From the human T2T-CHM13v2.0 reference genome, Homo sapiens: DNA of 64,000 nt. Positions 14,111 through 26,948 of the stretch are shown here, piece after piece. Both the position numbers and the translations under genes were made by a program. The notes below the pieces were generated by a model. That model saw only the letters and a list, made by a program, of their open reading frames with translations, did no database searches and was not told where the DNA came from. The DNA is taken from NCBI RefSeq assembly GCF_009914755.1, contig NC_060927.1. One strand, 5' to 3'. The stretch's first letter is position 1; the number at the start of each line of letters is the position of its first letter.

Positions 14111-14794
14111 CTACTTTCTATATGAATGTATTCTATCTGTGTGCTTACACTGCAATTATAGGCTAGTTAACAATGCATGGCCTATAGATGTCTGCCCTTG
14201 TTCTTGCCTTCTAGTTCCACAGTCCTTAATCCACACTGTACTTTGGAGAGCATACAGGTCCAGCAGTGATGCGGCTCTATCTCACGCCTACTCTCTTATT
14301 CTACTTACAGAATCTGCTGTCCCCTGACTTTTTAATTTCTGAGTTTTCTGACTCCATTCCCAGGCTCCAGACATAGGCCTCTATGCTCTTCTTTTTAAAG
14401 ACAAGTCATTTGGACCCTTACTTGGAGCCTTTCTTGCCCTGTGGTAAGATTGAATCTCAACTCTGCATGCTCCCTCAATTGCCAGGGCACCTGGGACTCT
14501 GGGAACAGACAGGGTCTGTGCCCACATCAGCCTGGTGGTATTCTCACTGGCTTGGAGTATTCTTGCCAGTGTCCTCATCTTCCCACAGGACAGAAGGATT
14601 ATCATACGGTGAACATATGGAGTGTTCCCAAGGTGCCTCTTAAAAAATCCCAATAACTGGTTCAATGGTACAGCTTAGAAATGCGTAATTGAATTTTTAA
14701 AAATAGTTTAGATTAAAATCTATTTAGAAAAGGGGGAAATGATATATTTTCTTATATATGCTATGGCAAAGTTTAATATCCAAGGATAATCCCT

Positions 14795-15260
14795 ACAGAG
14801 TTGTCAGATCTGTTGGTTATAAGGGAGAGATACCTAATTTAAATTAATTTAAGCAAAAGAAGAGAATGAATTGTTTATATAACTGAAAAGTCTAGGGCTT
14901 CAGGCACAATAGAATCCAGTGATATCTGTCTTTCTCTAAATCTAGAGACTTTGCTTTCAAACTTTAATTTGGACCCTAACAGGTGGGGCCTCTCTCAGAA
15001 GCAGAGATACTTTCTCTCTCAGCATCCAATTAGTTGCTGAAAAAGTACTCTGAGTGGCCCTGCTTGGGTCATGCCCACTATTAGACCAATCTGTATCCAC
15101 TGAGAAAGGATATGCTGGTCAGCTTAGATTATGTTTCTTCTACTGTGGTTGTCAATGCAGGATCACGTGATTGTGAGGTCCTCTAGAGTCCTCCAGACTA
15201 AGTGAGGCAAGGCAGATTCCCAAATGAAACAATGTAGGGAAGACCGAAATACCCAGCACA
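14795..15260 (-). mobile_element. Old MLT1 (J/K/L-type) LTR
   Basis: tttaagcaaaag..ataactgaaaagtctagggcttcaggcaca..ctctgagtggccctgcttgggtcatgccca. Confidence 0.6.
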
Positions 15261-17984
15261 TGCCCATTGTGTTCATGAATTAGGTCCTCCATAATGGTCC
15301 CCCCCCATCTCACTACCCCCAGTGAAATGAATCTATGCCCTACAAATGGCTAAAGGGAATTAACATCTGTTGATCTCTTGTTAAGTTCAAGCACTATGCA
15401 GGGAATATTAAAAGCATCATATTCTTTAACTCTTATAATTGTCTTCCTTTATTCCACCTTTTTAACAAGTCTGCCACCAGTTCAGCAAGGCAAGCTAGGT
15501 CTCGTGTGGAAGGAAAGCCCTGCAGCCCCTCAGCATTCACAGCTCTTATTTTACTCACTGGTATCTGGTCCTGTCCTCAATCACTTTACCCTGACCTAAC
15601 ACCAGTCTCTATTCCACCATCAGTCAGCCCAGTTTTGCTACACCAATTGACCATCTCCAAAGAGTTTCTGACCTACCCCCTCCTTCTACCTGACAGTTCC
15701 ACACACAGACCCCTTCCTCATTCTCTGTGACTTACTGTATTAGTCTATTCTTGCACTGCTATAAAGAAATATCCGAGACTGGATAATTTATAAAGGATAG
15801 AGGTTTAATTGGCTCATAGTTCTATAGTCTGTACAGGAAGCATAGAGGCTTCTGCTTTTGGGGAGGCCTCAGGAAATTTATAATCATGGCAGAAGGTGAA
15901 GGAGAAGCAAGCACATCTTACATGGCCAGAGCAGGAGCAAGAGGGTAGGGGAGAGCCTATATACTTTTAAACAACTAGATCTCATGAGAACTCCCTCACC
16001 ATTGCAACATAGTACCAAGAGGAAAATCCGCCCCCATGATCCAATCACCTCCCACCAGGCCCCACCTCAAACAATAGGGAGGATTACAATTCAACATGAG
16101 ATTTGGGCAGGGTTACAGATCCAAACCATATCATTCTGCCCCAGCCCCTCCCAAATCTCATGTCCTTCTCACATTTCAAAATACAATCATATTTTCCCAA
16201 TAATGTATTCCCCCAAAATTCCCCAAAGCCTTAGCTCATTTCATCACTTACTCAAAAGTCCACAGTTCAAAGTTTTATGTGAGACAAGTCCCTTCTGTCT
16301 ATGAGCCTATAAAATTAAAAACAAGTTACTTACTCCCAAGATACAATTGGGGTACAAGCATTGGGTAAATACTCCCATTCCAAAAGGGATAAATTGGCCA
16401 AAAGAAAGGGACCCAGCAGGGCAATCATTAAATCTAAAAGCACCAAAATCATCTCCTTTGACTTCCATGCTCCACATCCAGAGCACACTGGTGTGAGGGG
16501 TAGGCTCCCAGAGCCTTCTGCAGCTCTATGCCTTTGGCTTTGTAGGGTTCAGCCCCTGAGGCTGCTCTCAAGGGCTGATATTGAGTGTCTGTGGCTTCTC
16601 CAGGTGCAAGGTGCAAGCTGTTGGTGGATCTGTCATTATGGGGTCTGGAGGATGGTGGCCATTTTCTCATAGCTCCATTAAGAAGTGTCCCAGTGGGGAC
16701 TTTGTGTGGGGGACCCAACCCCACATTTTTCCTCTGCACTGCCCTAGTAGAGGTTTTCCATGAGGGCTCCACTCTTGCAGCAGGCTTCTGCCTAGACGTT
16801 CTGGCATTTCCATACATCCTCTGAAATCTAGGTGGAGGCTCCCAAGCCTCAACTTTTGCACTTTGTGCACCCACAGGCTTAACACCACATGGAAGCCAAC
16901 TAGGCTTATGACTTGCATCCTCTGAAGCAGGGGCCCAAGCTGTACCTTGGCCACTTTTAGCCATGGCTGGAGTTGTAGCAACTGGGATGTAGGAAGCTAT
17001 GTTCTGAGGCTGCAAAGGGCAGTGGGGCCCTTGGCCTGTCCAGGAAACCATTCAATCCTGTTAGGCCTCTGGGCCTGTGATGGGAGGAGCTGCGATGAAG
17101 TTCTCTATAATGGCTTCAAGGCTTTTTCCTCATTGTCTTGGCTATTAGCATTTGCCTTCCCTTTAGTTATACAAATTTCTGCAGCCTGCTCGAATTTCTC
17201 CCCTGAAAATGAGCTACTACTGTTGCAACATAGTACCAAACTTTCCTAACACATGGCCAGGCTGCAAAATTTCCAAACTTGCATGCTATGCTTTTTTTTT
17301 TTTAAATATAAGTTCCAATTTCAGGTAATTTATTTGCTTATGTATATGAGCATAGGTTGTTAGAAGTAGCCAGGTGACATCTGAATGCTGTGCTGCTTAG
17401 AAATTTCTTCTGCCAGATATCCCAAATCATCTCTCTCAAGTTCAAAGTTTCACAGATCCTTGGGGTAGGGTCATAATGCCTCCAAATTCTTTGCTAAAAC
17501 ATAACAAAAGTGACCTTTGTTCCAGCTCCCAATAAGTTTCTCATTTCTATCTGAGAACTTCTCAGCCTGGACTTCATTGTCCATATCACTATCAGCATTT
17601 TGATTACAGCAATTTAAGAAGTCTCTTGGAAGTTCCAAACTTTCCATCATCTTCCTGTTTTCTCAGCCCTCCAAACTGTTCCAACCTCTTCCCATTATCC
17701 AGTTATAAAACTGCTTCTACATTTTCAGGTATCTTTATAACAATGCCCCACTCCTTGGAACCAAAATCTGTATTAGCCCATTCTCACACTGCTATAAAGA
17801 AATACCTGAGACTGGGTAATTTATAAAGAAAAGAGATTTAATTGGCTTATAGTTTTGCAGGCTGTACAGAAAATATACTGGCTTCAGCTTCTGGGGAGGC
17901 TTCAGGAAACTTGCAGTCATGGCAGAAGGAGAAGGAGAAACAGGCAGATCTTACATGGCCAAAGCAGGAGCATGAAAGGTGAGA

Positions 17985-18618
17985 TTTCAGAGGTGTTTGA
18001 ACCAGAGCAACTTCATCTTTAATAGGGACTGGGTAAAATAAGGCTGAGACTTATTGAGCTGCATTCCTGGGAGGTTAGGCATTCTTAGTCACAGGATGAG
18101 ATAGAAGGTTGGCACAAGATACAGGTCATAAAGACCTTGCTGATAAAACGGGTTGCAGTAAGGAAGCCAGCCAAAACCCACCAAAACCAAGATGGTGATG
18201 AGAGTGACCTCTGGTCGTCCTTACTGCTCATTATACGCTAATTATAATGCATTAGCTTGATAAAAGACACTCCCACCAGCACCACAACAGTTTACGGATG
18301 CCATGGCAACATCTGAAATTACCCTATATAGTCTAAAAAAGGGAGGAACCATCATCTCTGGGAATGGCCCATCCCTTTCCCAGAAAACTTGTGAATAATC
18401 CACCCCTTGTTTAGCATATAATCAAAAGATAACTATAAGCATCCTTAAGCCAGAAGCTCAAGCCACAGCTCTGCCTATGGAGTAGGCATTCTTTTATACT
18501 TTTACTTTCTTAGTAAACTAGCTTTCACTTTACTCTATGGACTTGCCCCAAAGTCTTTCTTGGGTGAGATCCAAGAACCCTCTCTTGGGGTCTCGATTGG
18601 GACCCCTTTCTGGTAATG
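17985..18618 (+). mobile_element. MER41B solo LTR (ERV1)
   Basis: tcagaggtgtttgaaccagagcaac..aaaccaagatgg..ctcattatacgctaattataatgcattag..gatccaagaaccctctcttggggtct; contains the B-type GAS segment; TSD-like gaga/ggga. Confidence 0.92.
18377..18385. promoter_or_regulatory. STAT GAS motif TTCCCAGAA within MER41B
   Basis: Exact TTCNNNGAA match at the position of the MER41B tandem GAS pair; the upstream copy (ctctgggaa, 18356-18364) is degenerate. Confidence 0.6.
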
Positions 18619-19016
18619 GGGAGTGGGGAGGTGCTACATGCTTTTAAACAACCAGATCTCATGAGAACTCACTCACTATTGCAACATAGTACCAAAAGGA
18701 AAATCCACCCCCCTGATCCAATCACCTCCCACTAGGCCCCACCTCCAATATTGGGGATTACAGTTTAACATGAGATTTGGGTAGGAACATAGATCCAAAC
18801 CATATCCCTTACTCTGTGGGCCATTCAAACTGATCACTTAAGGTAACCCTATCTTGGCATATTAGCTAACTCCACACAACTAACATTCTCTGAGGTAGAT
18901 AAAGTTATCCAGATTTTTCTTCTGGAGACATAAAGATTCCAAGAGGTAAAGGAATTTCTCCAAAGAAAAATCTAGTATTTAACTGAATTACACCCAAAGC
19001 CTGATTATAAATTTAC

Positions 19017-19287
19017 CAGGCACTAAGCAAGGTAGAATAATATGTGTGAAGTCCCCGTGAGTTCTTGCAAATTTGGCAAATCAAAGTAAAAATTTTGGTC
19101 TAGTCAATAAGATATTGCAGTTTGGTGATATTCTTAGATGATGCTCTTGCCTGAATTTGAGTTGACGAAAACAAGAGTTAAGAATGCATGAAAATAGACA
19201 CACTATGAATGATTGTGCTGTTTTTCAGAATGGTGGTTCCCAGATTTGTGCAGTACACAACTTGAACAACATTGCACAGTGATCCTG
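19017..19287 (+). mobile_element. Arthur1 (MER69)-like hAT-Tip100 element
   Basis: gcaaatttggcaaatc..ctgaatttga.. and terminus gatttgtgcagtacacaacttgaacaac..cctg. Confidence 0.6.
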
Positions 19288-20541
19288 CAGGGAAAATAAT
19301 AAGTTAGGAACTTCATATAAGAAAAATCACTATTTACATGATTTGCTTGAAAAAAATTAAATTTATTAATTTTTAATTTAATTAAAAAATTAAATTGAAG
19401 GCTCGTATATGTACACCTGTAGATTGAAATTCAAAGTAACAGCAAAAGATCTGTGATCTACTTGAGCTCTGCAATTTCTCATATATGATGTATATGCCTA
19501 TACGGTATCAGATTGTTGATTCTCTGCAGAAGTACAGCTTTCTGAGTCTGAGGAGAAAAAACTTACATAAGCATCAGAATCCAAAGACTTCTTTTATTTC
19601 AAACAGCTCTTAACATTTTGACAAGTTAAGCACAAATGAATCATAAATGTATAGATTAAATTTCCATTTGTAACACAAATGGGTCTAAATTGGAGAAGGA
19701 AAAAGTGGTTGGCCAAGTGCATTCCTACTTTGCTGAGTCAAGAACTTTGAAAAAATAGCCTACTGTTTGAAAAATCTAAATATACCCTAATAAAACCACA
19801 AATTTGAATATTTCCATATTCTAGTGGTCTGCTTTTATTTCAGAGTCAAAATGATTTAGCAAGAATGTTTAAAAAGAAATTCTCTCTCTCCCCCTAATTA
19901 ATGGTTTTTCTTATCTGGCATTCAACATATTTCTTGAATTTCTCGACTTCATCTTCTGTAGCTAACTAAAAACATAAGCTGAATATTTTCTGATTAAGAC
20001 CATGCCTGCTACTGTGTGAGCACAGAATCTCCTCAGCTTGTTGCATCCGTTGCATAAGAGGAACACTTATTATTTGGGTAACTGAGTGAAAACCATCAAC
20101 AAGAAACACTTCCAAAGGGTGAGGAAAAACAAATTACTGCTTACCAGCTATACACCCCAGGTTTTTTAATCATGTGATCTGACTTTAGTTGGATGTATTG
20201 AGAAAGAAGTTAAAAGGATTGAAGAAAAGTCAGTAATCCTTAGTAAAGTGAGTTACCTATCTCAGTAAAAGAGTCACCCTTTCACCGATAGTGAGCACTG
20301 GATCCCAGAAGTAGAGACTGCTAAGTGTCCACTGTACCCTCTCACTGGGTGAAAAGGGAAGATGTTCATCTTTCCAGGGATAGGCAGAACTAAAGCAGGC
20401 ATGTGGGCAAAGATGAGGGTTTGGAGTGGTCCAGAGTCAGGTGGTGCTAAGCCAGGGAGGAGGCAGCCTAGGGTGAGCCAGGGACTTAAATAGAACAGAA
20501 AAGGGAGGTGTCAAAGAATGAGAAGATAAAAAGATAAATAA

Positions 20542-20945
<404 letters not shown>

Positions 20946-21726
20946 TTAGTTCTGGTATGACTTTATCTTAGCAGAGTGGTAAGCTTGAAGAAATACGGTG
21001 ATTAAGTGTCTATTTGACAATGACTATTGGAACAGAATTCATACTCAATGACTTCAACCTTACTACCAACTTTTGATTTTCAATATAAATTTGGAGACTG
21101 GCTAGGTATTTTCAATATCTAGGCTGACTTCACTTTGCATTTCCCAGGCAGCTTTCTGTACTGAACCTTGTAATTGTGGTTGTGCCAATTTGAGGTAGAA
21201 ATGGGTCAAAAAGAAATGAGGTAGAATCTGGTCCAAATAAAATTGCAAGTAATCGTCAGTTTTGCAGAGTACTATAAGAGAATGTGAAGATATTTATTGT
21301 TTGTTTCTGGATTCTGGGTCCAGAAAGGAGAGATCCCATTAACTTTGTCTTTTTTTTCTTTTCTTTTTCTTTCTAGCAGGTTGGGGTAAGGGGAAAGATG
21401 TCACTCTCTTTTTTTGTCTAAGTATAAATTGGAGTGGAGCAATGGCCAGACTGTGTTGATGGTACTGATTTCAGAGCCATCTTGAACCTCAGTAAAAAAC
21501 CCATTTCTGTGTTGCCAGAAAGCTCTCTAGCCATCAACTTGCCTTCCTGTGAGAAGGTATCATTATCAGAAACCTCTGTGTAAACTCAGCATCTACCTTT
21601 GGTTGGCCTTGTTTCTTGTACTCCTAGAATTTTCGGGTAGGGTCTAGAACAACATTAGACAGCTTCTAAATGGGTAAACATTGTTTTCTGATGCAAAGGA
21701 ACGACCATACAAAGCACATTCAACTG

Positions 21727-22097
21727 CAGATGGTCCCTGACTTATGATAATTTGAGTTAAGGATTTTTCAACTTTATAATGGTGCAAAAGCAATATGCAT
21801 TAGAAATAGAATAGAAACTGTACTTTGAATACCTATACATCCAATCGGTTTTCCACTTTTAGTATAATATTCAATAAATTGCATGAGATCTGCAACACTT
21901 TATTATAAAATAGACCTTGTGTTACATGCTTTTGCCCAACTGTAGGCTAATGTAAGTGTTCCGAGAATGTTTAAGATAGGCCAGGCTAAGCTGTGATTTT
22001 TGGTAGGTTGGTTGTTTTAAATGCATTTTCACCTTATGATATTTTCAACTTAATAATGGGTTAGGATGTAACCTCATGGTAAGTCAAAGAGCATCTG
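21727..22097 (-). mobile_element. MER47A (TcMar-Tigger) MITE
   Basis: cagatggtccctgacttatg..tgcccaactgtaggctaatgtaagtgtt..gtaagtcaaagagcatctg|ta. Confidence 0.85.
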
Positions 22098-22264
22098 TAC
22101 AGTTATCAAGTCGCCAAATACAAGAAAATATGAGCCCCTTTTCTTTAGATATTTGAACAAGGTGCTTTGCAGATTCACCTCTAGAGGAGTGTCGACCAAG
22201 CCTATGCAGCCATGTGGAGGCCCATGGTGTTTTCTATTTAGATATTTCAATAAAACAAGGGAAA

Positions 22265-22490
22265 CAGTGTAGTATAATAAAAGGAACATTATGAGCCTTA
22301 TATGCAGCCTGGTAGACCTGAGTTTAAATCTCAGCTTTGTTGCTCACTGAGATGTTGATCAAGTCACTTTTAAACTCTTTGGGTCTCAGTTTCTTCACGT
22401 GGAGACAATAGCTATCTTTGAAGGCTTGTATCAAAAGAGACACTGTAAGTCAGTCACCCGGAACATATTAGGTACTCAACAAAGATTGGT
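22265..22490 (+). mobile_element. MIR
   Basis: agacctgagtttaaatctcagct..caagtcactt..ctctttgggtctcagtttcttca..aggtactcaacaaa. Confidence 0.7.
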
Positions 22491-23412
22491 TTCCTTTCCT
22501 TCTTCCTCTCCTCCGAGCTTCCTGACTTGCAGAAAATAATTTCTTGGTCAATGTTTGTAAAAGGCTCAAAAATTCACCCAAACTTTCCAAACAACCCTTT
22601 TAACAAGCTTCCCCATAAAAGCATCTAGAACAGAGGCTTCATTTGCTGTAACGAGCCTAAGGATTTAGCAATAGAAAAGTTAACCGAGTACCATGTTTTC
22701 GAGCAATGGTTTTAAAGTGGCTAGGAGGTCAAGTCACAAATAATCTAAGGTCTCTTCCAGCTCTAAAATTCTATGGTTCTGTGAAATTGAGGCAGTAGCT
22801 GCAAACCAAGGCAGGCTTGTATGACTCAAAGAATTGCATGTGCTGGGCTGGCTGCTCAGCATATTGAGGATTTGATTAAAAACCCACTAGATTCACACTT
22901 TAGCTTTGGGATTAGCAGATCAAATAAATGCATGTTACTGCTTTGTCAGATACAGCATAGTCGTATCTGACTTTTGTATCTGCTAGCGTATTTAATGGGG
23001 GGAATACACAATAGCTAAATAGAATAGCAAACAAACAGTCCATGGAGAGGAGAACAGGGTGTCATCACCAGCCCAGTTCCCTGACCTCTTCATTGCTGAT
23101 CGACATGGTCTATGTGAGAAAATTTAGCTATATGTAAATGTAGACAACTTGGTGAAAAATCTATAAGGGTATCTAATTCTGAAACTAAGAACTTTCAAGA
23201 AAATCCGAACAAGAATGCTTAGGTAAAATTGATTTTAATTTCTCTTTGAGATCTCATTAATTTCCATTTAGATGGATTTTTAAAAATTAAGTTGTAGGGC
23301 ACTTGGTTTTGCAATGCTAAGCATTGTTTGACACAACTTATTTTTAGTGTCTATTTTAACAAGAGAAATGAAATGTAACCACTCAGGATATGGAAATACC
23401 TCTTGTAAGGAG

Positions 23413-23470
23413 TGTGTGGTGTGTGTGTGTGTGTGTTTGTGTGTGTGTGCATGTGTGTATGCCTGTGTGT
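23413..23470. repeat. Imperfect (TG)n
   Basis: Direct reading. Confidence 0.9.
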
Positions 23471-25834
23471 TTTCTTCGAGAAGATCATTTTTTTTCCCCC
23501 TCTGCTTTGGGAGTTTATTCTATTAATAGAAAATACTGCAAGTTTTAAACATCTTTTCATTCAGTGGAAACATGGATTCAATCCAATGGAAACATGGATT
23601 CAATCATCCTTCCTTTTCACACTGGGAGTCAGGGAGAGAGCCTGGGTAATTAAGTAACAAGAGCACAGATACCTAAAGACACTTAACAAACAAGATATTC
23701 TTGCCTAGAGGAGTAACAGTTACAATGACTGCTGCAAAGACAAACAAACATGTTTTCAGTACCTACTATGTGCCAGGTTCTGGCTTTGACACTTGTGAAG
23801 GGGTTAAAATCCTGGTGCTGTGTAAATGTCCCCAGATGATATTCTAATTTAAAGAAGAAACAATATATATTTAGGATAAAGTGGAGTCTCCTACTCAAAC
23901 CTGAGCAGGTAAGAGATCTAAATTAGGTTAAGCAACACCGAAGAGTATTCAAAGTTAGTGAGAATGGCACTTACTTAATTGTATCTGAATTTTTATCTTT
24001 TGGAATATTCACTCATTCAGCAAATTTTTATAGAGTGACTACTGAAGAAGAACTGTGAGAGTATAAACAAGCGACTAAAACGTTTCTGTTTTTCATTACA
24101 GTCTAGAAGGGCAGAAAATATATTCTTGCTTTAATTGAATGCTGTATATAATTATTAATGTTATAATTTTTACAACTAAATTTTCATAGATATGTATCTA
24201 AGAAAACTACTTGATTTTATGTAAGAAAGCTACTTGATAATTTCAACCATACAAAAATAAAACCACCAAAATATAAAATATCAATCAATCAGTCAAAGTG
24301 GAAGTAGAAAAAAAAACCTGCAAGAGTGTGCACTAAAATATTCATAGTAATATTTTTGTGGTGGTGGAAACATGGTAATTTGGGTTTTCATTCTTTTTTT
24401 CTTATTTTTTAAGTCTAAACCTAAATTTTTTGTATACTTTCATTATTTAAAATATGATAATCATTAAGAAGACAGAGATGAAGAAAAGAAGGAAGTGGAG
24501 GCAATGAGGAAAGGAGGGAAGAAGGAAGGAAGGAAATCATGCTTGAAAGAAGGTATTTGTCTTTTTGCTACTCACATTTATGAAAACCTTGCCTGTTTAG
24601 GCCATAAACCAATACCTGCTCATTTTTAGTTGTGGAACATGTCAAGTTTTTTTCCGGATGTGGCGGAGATTATGCAGCTACAATGAAGCCAGATTAAGAT
24701 TTCAGGAAAATGGACAGATCTCTACGTAAGTTACTATAGGAATAATTGTAATGATGGAATGGCTAAAGTAAACAGGAGGCAAAATTTACAACTGTTGGCA
24801 CACACAAATGAGAAGCAAGTGAAGGCCCAAATGAAAGGGGGTTGGAGCCTGAAAGTGACAGTTGATGAGGATGGGAGATAGTACCAAGGGCAGGGGAGGG
24901 GCGTTGTTTAGGGAGAGACTGGCAGGGATGCCATGGAGTTGAAGGGGGTGCACAGGAGAGTGGTTATTGAGCTGAAGTAAGGCAGGCACTGAGGGTGGGG
25001 CCTGAGCCGTCTGCTAGAATGACTCCTAGTTGCTCTAGGGGTACTTTCAAAGACTCCTTGCCAAGTTCGATGTCCCCAGATGATATTCTAATTTAAGGAA
25101 TTCCAAGTGAAACCTCAAGGGGCTTTTATAAAGTGTTCCATCTCTGAGCAGTCTGCCCATTTTAAAGGCAGGGATCCATTAGCATAGATTTTGCTTCCCC
25201 TGCTTGGAGGCCAGCTATGTCTCCGCTGGTATTGCACAGTCCTTCAGACGCATAGAACTATATGTAGGCTCCATTTGCAAAATTGCTGGAGGTGTTGCTA
25301 TTCAGGATTCCCCCAGACCTAGGCTACTATTGAATACCTTGGGACTGAAGCTCTTTTAATTTCCAAGCTGTATGTGGGCAACATGGAACAGCATGGAAAC
25401 TGACAGATTGTCGGCATGTTTTAAAGTCAGAGTATGCCACAGAAAAATCTAACTGCCTTATATTTTTTGACAAACCTGAAGACTTGTTAACATTTTAATT
25501 GACAATTTCTGCAAAAGTGATGGAATAGAGCTGAACAATGGTATACATTATTTTTCTTCTTCCTGTGTGACTAGAATGTTCTCCAAAGAGATTGTTTTGC
25601 TTGCCAATAAAAAGAGACACCTGGGAGCACCATACTCTCTCCTGTTCCTCTGGGTATCATATTTCCTTATGACACCTGAAACTCTGATGCCTTCTGGGTC
25701 CATGAAAGCAGTGAGATGAGCACAGGAAACCACGCTGAGGATGGTTGAGCAAAAAGGTGACATTGAGCCACTGGATTAACCTGCCCAGAAACAGGATATC
25801 TTCAGATTTCTTGTTAAGTAAGAAAATGTAATTT

Positions 25835-26871
<1,037 letters not shown>

Positions 26872-26948
26872 AGAATAAATTTCTTATTATTTAAGTTGCA
26901 GCTTCCATTTCTTGCAACCAAAAGCATTCACCATGATATAACTTAGTT

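Larger units (their letters stand above)
15736..18807 (-). mobile_element. MSTA provirus: LTR 15736-16133, MSTA-int 16134-17768, LTR 17769-18807 (split by MER41B)
   Basis: Two homologous LTRs (tgtattag..cactgctataaagaaata..ccaaaccatatc) around a MaLR internal region; perfect 5-bp TSD cttac at 15731-15735 and 18808-18812. Confidence 0.92.

Noticed and set aside
16449-17051. Longest ORF (200 aa, minus) and overlapping ORFs
   Set aside because: They lie wholly in MSTA-int; this is MaLR internal sequence, not a host gene.
22945-22971. 9-bp perfect hairpin gtcagatac..gtatctgac
   Set aside because: Short enough to be expected occasionally in 64 kb; no RNA-gene context.
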